Assembly: GCA_036172245.1 (NCBI GenBank)
Contig: JAYWIR010000011.1
Location: 1,054,001 to 1,118,000 of the forward strand
Reading direction: 5' to 3'
Length of the DNA stretch: 64,000 nucleotides
DNA from: Raillietiella orientalis
Lineage: Eukaryota
The position numbers were made by a program, and so were the translations under genes. The notes beneath the pieces are model-generated. The model was given only the letters and a program-made list of their open reading frames with translations. It was not told the origin of the DNA and made no database searches. Positions 60,600 to 64,000 of this stretch are shown piece by piece. The stretch's first letter is position 1. The number at the start of each line of letters is the position of its first letter.

Positions 60600-63500
60600 T
60601 CCACCGCCACCACTCGTGTTTTTTTATAAATTTTTCAAGTCTTTCGATAATATTGTTTTAGGTCAATGTGCTCTTAGGGGCATTTTCGTGCAGTTAAAGA
60701 ATTTGCACTACTGAAAGCATCGTTCAGATTTCGTAGATGAAAACAGCGACAAACACCAGTGTCCACCTGCTGGGGTTTATTTCTTTTGCGTAACACCCGA
60801 GGTTTGTCCATGATGCTCTCTTCGCCTCCCTTTTGCATTAAGAATTTCGAAGTCCTCTAGTGCCCAGGATCTAATTTTGAATTCTAAACGCCTTGTCTTT
60901 TTCTGGGTTTTTTTTTTTTCATCAAAAGTCATTCACCAGTAAATATGTAAAAATGGTGTGCGCGCGTGAGGATTCGAAGCTGTAAGCTTTGGAAATTCCA
61001 GAAGGGGCAAAATTTATGCCACAATAAAGTGTGGAATTACGCAACTTGCATAATGAGGAAATGCCAGAGCGCATCTTGCCTGAAAGCTCTAAAAATGAGA
61101 AGCCTCAAAGAGTACCTGGTTTTCATCCATCTTCCGTCGCCTGCAAGCTGGAAGGATCGCACTACAACTGGAATCTTGTGCAGAAAAATCCACGATTGGA
61201 TGCAAGGCACAGAAGCGGTGGGATTTCCTGTGCATTTGCTCTGTGGCAGAAAGTAATTTCAAAGGCAAACGGAAGAAACGACTTTGGACGAAACTTAACA
61301 GAGACTGAAGAGTGGGAAAATCCTTTCCGCGACTTTTATATTGCTTCCGGATGGGTGTCTGTGCAAATAAAGCTGCAGGTTCTCGGATAATCCACCCTTC
61401 TCTTGAACATAATTTTAGGGATCTACCGAAAAAACGAAGAAAACAAATTCGTATGAGGACTTCCTTCTCCTGCCAGGAAAGGGCCGACGCAAGGGATGTA
61501 TGGAATGTATGGAAAACCACGTACGTTACTCCTGGTCGAGATCCACTCGGTTCCCTTCCCTCCACGGGCATGCACTTCTCTCGTTTTTACCTCCTCCCCT
61601 TTCCTTTCTTGTTTCTAACATTTACGCTTGTGTTCCTGAGATTGCGTTTCAATGAGTTCAGTTCCTAGGGATGCTGGGAGCATTCGTTATCTCTGATGCC
61701 TTCCCGCCCCTCCCCCCCACCCCTTCCGATAGCATTTTTATAGCATTTTCCGCGGAAAAAGTGCCAGACGCGGTTCGCATTGATGAATGAATGACGACAC
61801 TTGACGATCGATGAATGTCATCTCTATCGGTATGGAGGTTGTTTTTTTTATCAAGAAACGTTGCTGCCACTTATTAGATGATGATGCGCTCTTCCCTGGA
61901 GAAAGGAACTTTTTTCTTGTTTCTTCTCCAGGGAAGCTGAGTTTCCTCTGTACCTTGAAGAGGGACGCGGTGTTCTCGTAGGTTCAAATGGGAAAACCTT
62001 TTGGAGACTCTTGGAGCAACTTTTGCAATCTGCGAAAACAAAGATCGGAGCTCTCATCGTGATTTCTTCGCCCAATTGGGAGAGGGGAGGGGAAGCTGAC
62101 ACCTCGGGTGCTCCGCGTTCGTCCGGAAAAGTCTTCAAGAAGCGGTAAGGGTGAATTTCATGTGGATCGCTTCTTGGAGTGAAAGTCCACTCCGATGCCC
62201 CCGGAAACGGTGAGCTGAGGTGGTGATTTTCCGGCAGCAGCAGCAGCAGCCGTGACCTCAGACCCCCTAAATCACACACATCGTCGTCCCCAGATTCGAG
62301 CGCGCGCTCAGCAATCATCCCGCGGCTCGAGCATCCAGGCCGAGCAATGCGAGAAGGTTCGTTGCTGGAAGTGCCCTTACCTCCGAAACATCAAAGCCAC
62401 GAGAATGTTGCGCCATTCAGGACATGACGTCATCTTCGGTTCACACGAGGCGTAGGGGAGGGAGAGGGGGGAGGTCGGAGGCTTCATTCCGATGGCAAGG
62501 GGGCGGCAGAAGGGTGCAATCAACCGGCCACCTCTGGATGGGGCCCCCGCGAACCTCGGAGGAAGCTGAGTCTGCAGGTTTCCGGTCAGAACGGGAGGCT
62601 GATCTCGCGGCCTCCAAGACCTCAATCCACTGATACTCTGGGACGAGTCTGCGCCATATCTCGGGCCATTCAGCGAATTCCCATCTCATCCCTTAAAGTT
62701 TCCATTCCCGTTTCTAGAGTGCAGAGCCTCCCTCCTCTCCCTTTCCCCTTCCCCGACATCCCCTGGTGCACCCAAGCGCTTGCACTCTCGATCTTCCTCC
62801 TCGCCACCGACTCCATAACACCCTCTCCTTCCCTCACTGCTCCAGGAGGGAGTCCGGAAGTCCCGTCGCATTCATCGCCCCGAGTGCTGTGCCTTTCGTC
62901 CCGGACCGCACGGCACGGTAGATCGACAGAACGGCGTTCCTGGAAGCAGCTCGCTAACGGCGTGGGATTCTGGGATCTGACTAGGGGGGGAAAGTTTTCA
63001 GAAACTCCGCCGCCGGAGGCTGGAGGTTGGGATGAGGCATGGCTCTCCGCCTCCAGATCGCTCGGGGAACTGCAGACGGGAGGGGCGCCTCGTTCGTGCG
63101 AGGCGAAACTCCGGAGCAAAGTCCGCCTGTCTGACCCTGCAAACGGAAGTCCAGTGAAAGGTAAACCGGTCTCGTTGCCCTGGGCAAGGATGGGTGACAC
63201 CTGCCAGTGCAGCGAACGGTGGCGTCCGCCACCCTCCAGGACGTTCCTGAAGAAGCGTGCGCCCTTCCCCGAGATTGGTCCCGTATTGGCGAACTCTGCT
63301 CTTTCTCCACAGCATCTGGGAGGCGCTGTCCGTCAAGGGTCAGACCCAGGAGTCCCATTCCTTCTCCCATGGCTGCCCGTTCCGGAGGAGCGTGCTCTCT
63401 GCCGCCATGTGATCGCCGCATTCCCTGCTGAGAGTGCAGTGGCGGAGAAGGGCAGTACCGCAGTAGGGGTTGGGGGGAAGTAGAAGGCAAGAGGAAAGGG

Positions 63501-64000
63501 GTGGATGTTGCTACTGTTGATGATGATGGTGATTTTCATCATCATCGGAGCTGGACCCAGAGAGACTCTGCGAGCGCAGAGCGAAGAGCATCCGCACGTG
63601 GGGATGGGGAGCTGGGCCGGGGGCAGCACCCGGAGCTTCCCCTCGCAAATTCGGGGGTGCAACGGCGACGAAGCGTTGGCTGGGATGTCGACGCCGCCTT
63701 AGGCTAGCCCGCGCGCGTGCGCCACTCGGCGGCGCCCCTCTGGAGCGGCAGCGGCGACTTCGCTGGGCTCGCTTCCGCGCCGGAAGCGGCGGTCGGCGTT
63801 TCGCGTGCGCAGCCCGTTCGCCGCATGCAAGGCGAGTCGCAGGGCAGGGGTGGGGATGGAAAAGTGGGAGGAGGGGGAACCAGGGCTCTCGTCAAATGGG
63901 AAAAAGAGAGTTCAGGTGGGATCCGGGGTGCTCCCGCCGGGCGTTCGGAGAAGGAGGGGGGAGTAGGGGACGCGAGGGAACAGAAGAGGCTCCTCTTCTC
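60600..64000 (-). mobile_element. Decayed Tx1/L1-like LINE (ORF1-like region at right, RT at 60.6-61.6 kb)
   Basis: GREPSGSRPGVTYVVFHTFHTSLASAL~GKSPGPDGL..EFYKTF...L; NLGCYAKEI~LAYADD; GC-rich 5' region running off the window. Confidence 0.5.

Noticed and set aside
61031..61390. Plus-strand 119-aa ORF as a gene or transposase
   Set aside because: It is antisense to LINE RT motifs on the minus strand and has no recognisable domain.

Overview
Eukaryotic (animal, most likely arthropod) chromosomal DNA. Only one intact host gene is supported: a 4-exon TMEM222 on the minus strand (53966-58177). The roughly 53 kb to its left is a dense graveyard of decayed foreign and mobile DNA. (i) Endogenous viral elements (EVEs) resemble several segments of an orthomyxovirus (influenza-like PB2 x2, NP x3, PA x3) in two clusters, at 2.4-9.1 kb and 34.7-37.6 kb. 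(ii) A bunyavirus-type L polymerase EVE lies at 49.7-53.6 kb. (iii) A roughly 5 kb island of bacterial endosymbiont DNA (IS256, two IS5-family elements, IS21 istB, a sodium:solute symporter) has been invaded by a host SINE. (iv) An unidentified AT-rich, virus-like decayed coding block lies at 11.8-17.3 kb. (v) There are many transposon remnants: a roughly 1.05 kb tRNA-derived SINE family (about 11 copies), Utopia/NeSL-type and Tx1/L1-type LINEs, a gypsy pol, hAT elements and a Mutator-like MITE. All homology calls on decayed sequence come from by-eye translation across frameshifts against remembered reference motifs. They need tBLASTn/HMM confirmation, and the edges of decayed features are approximate.
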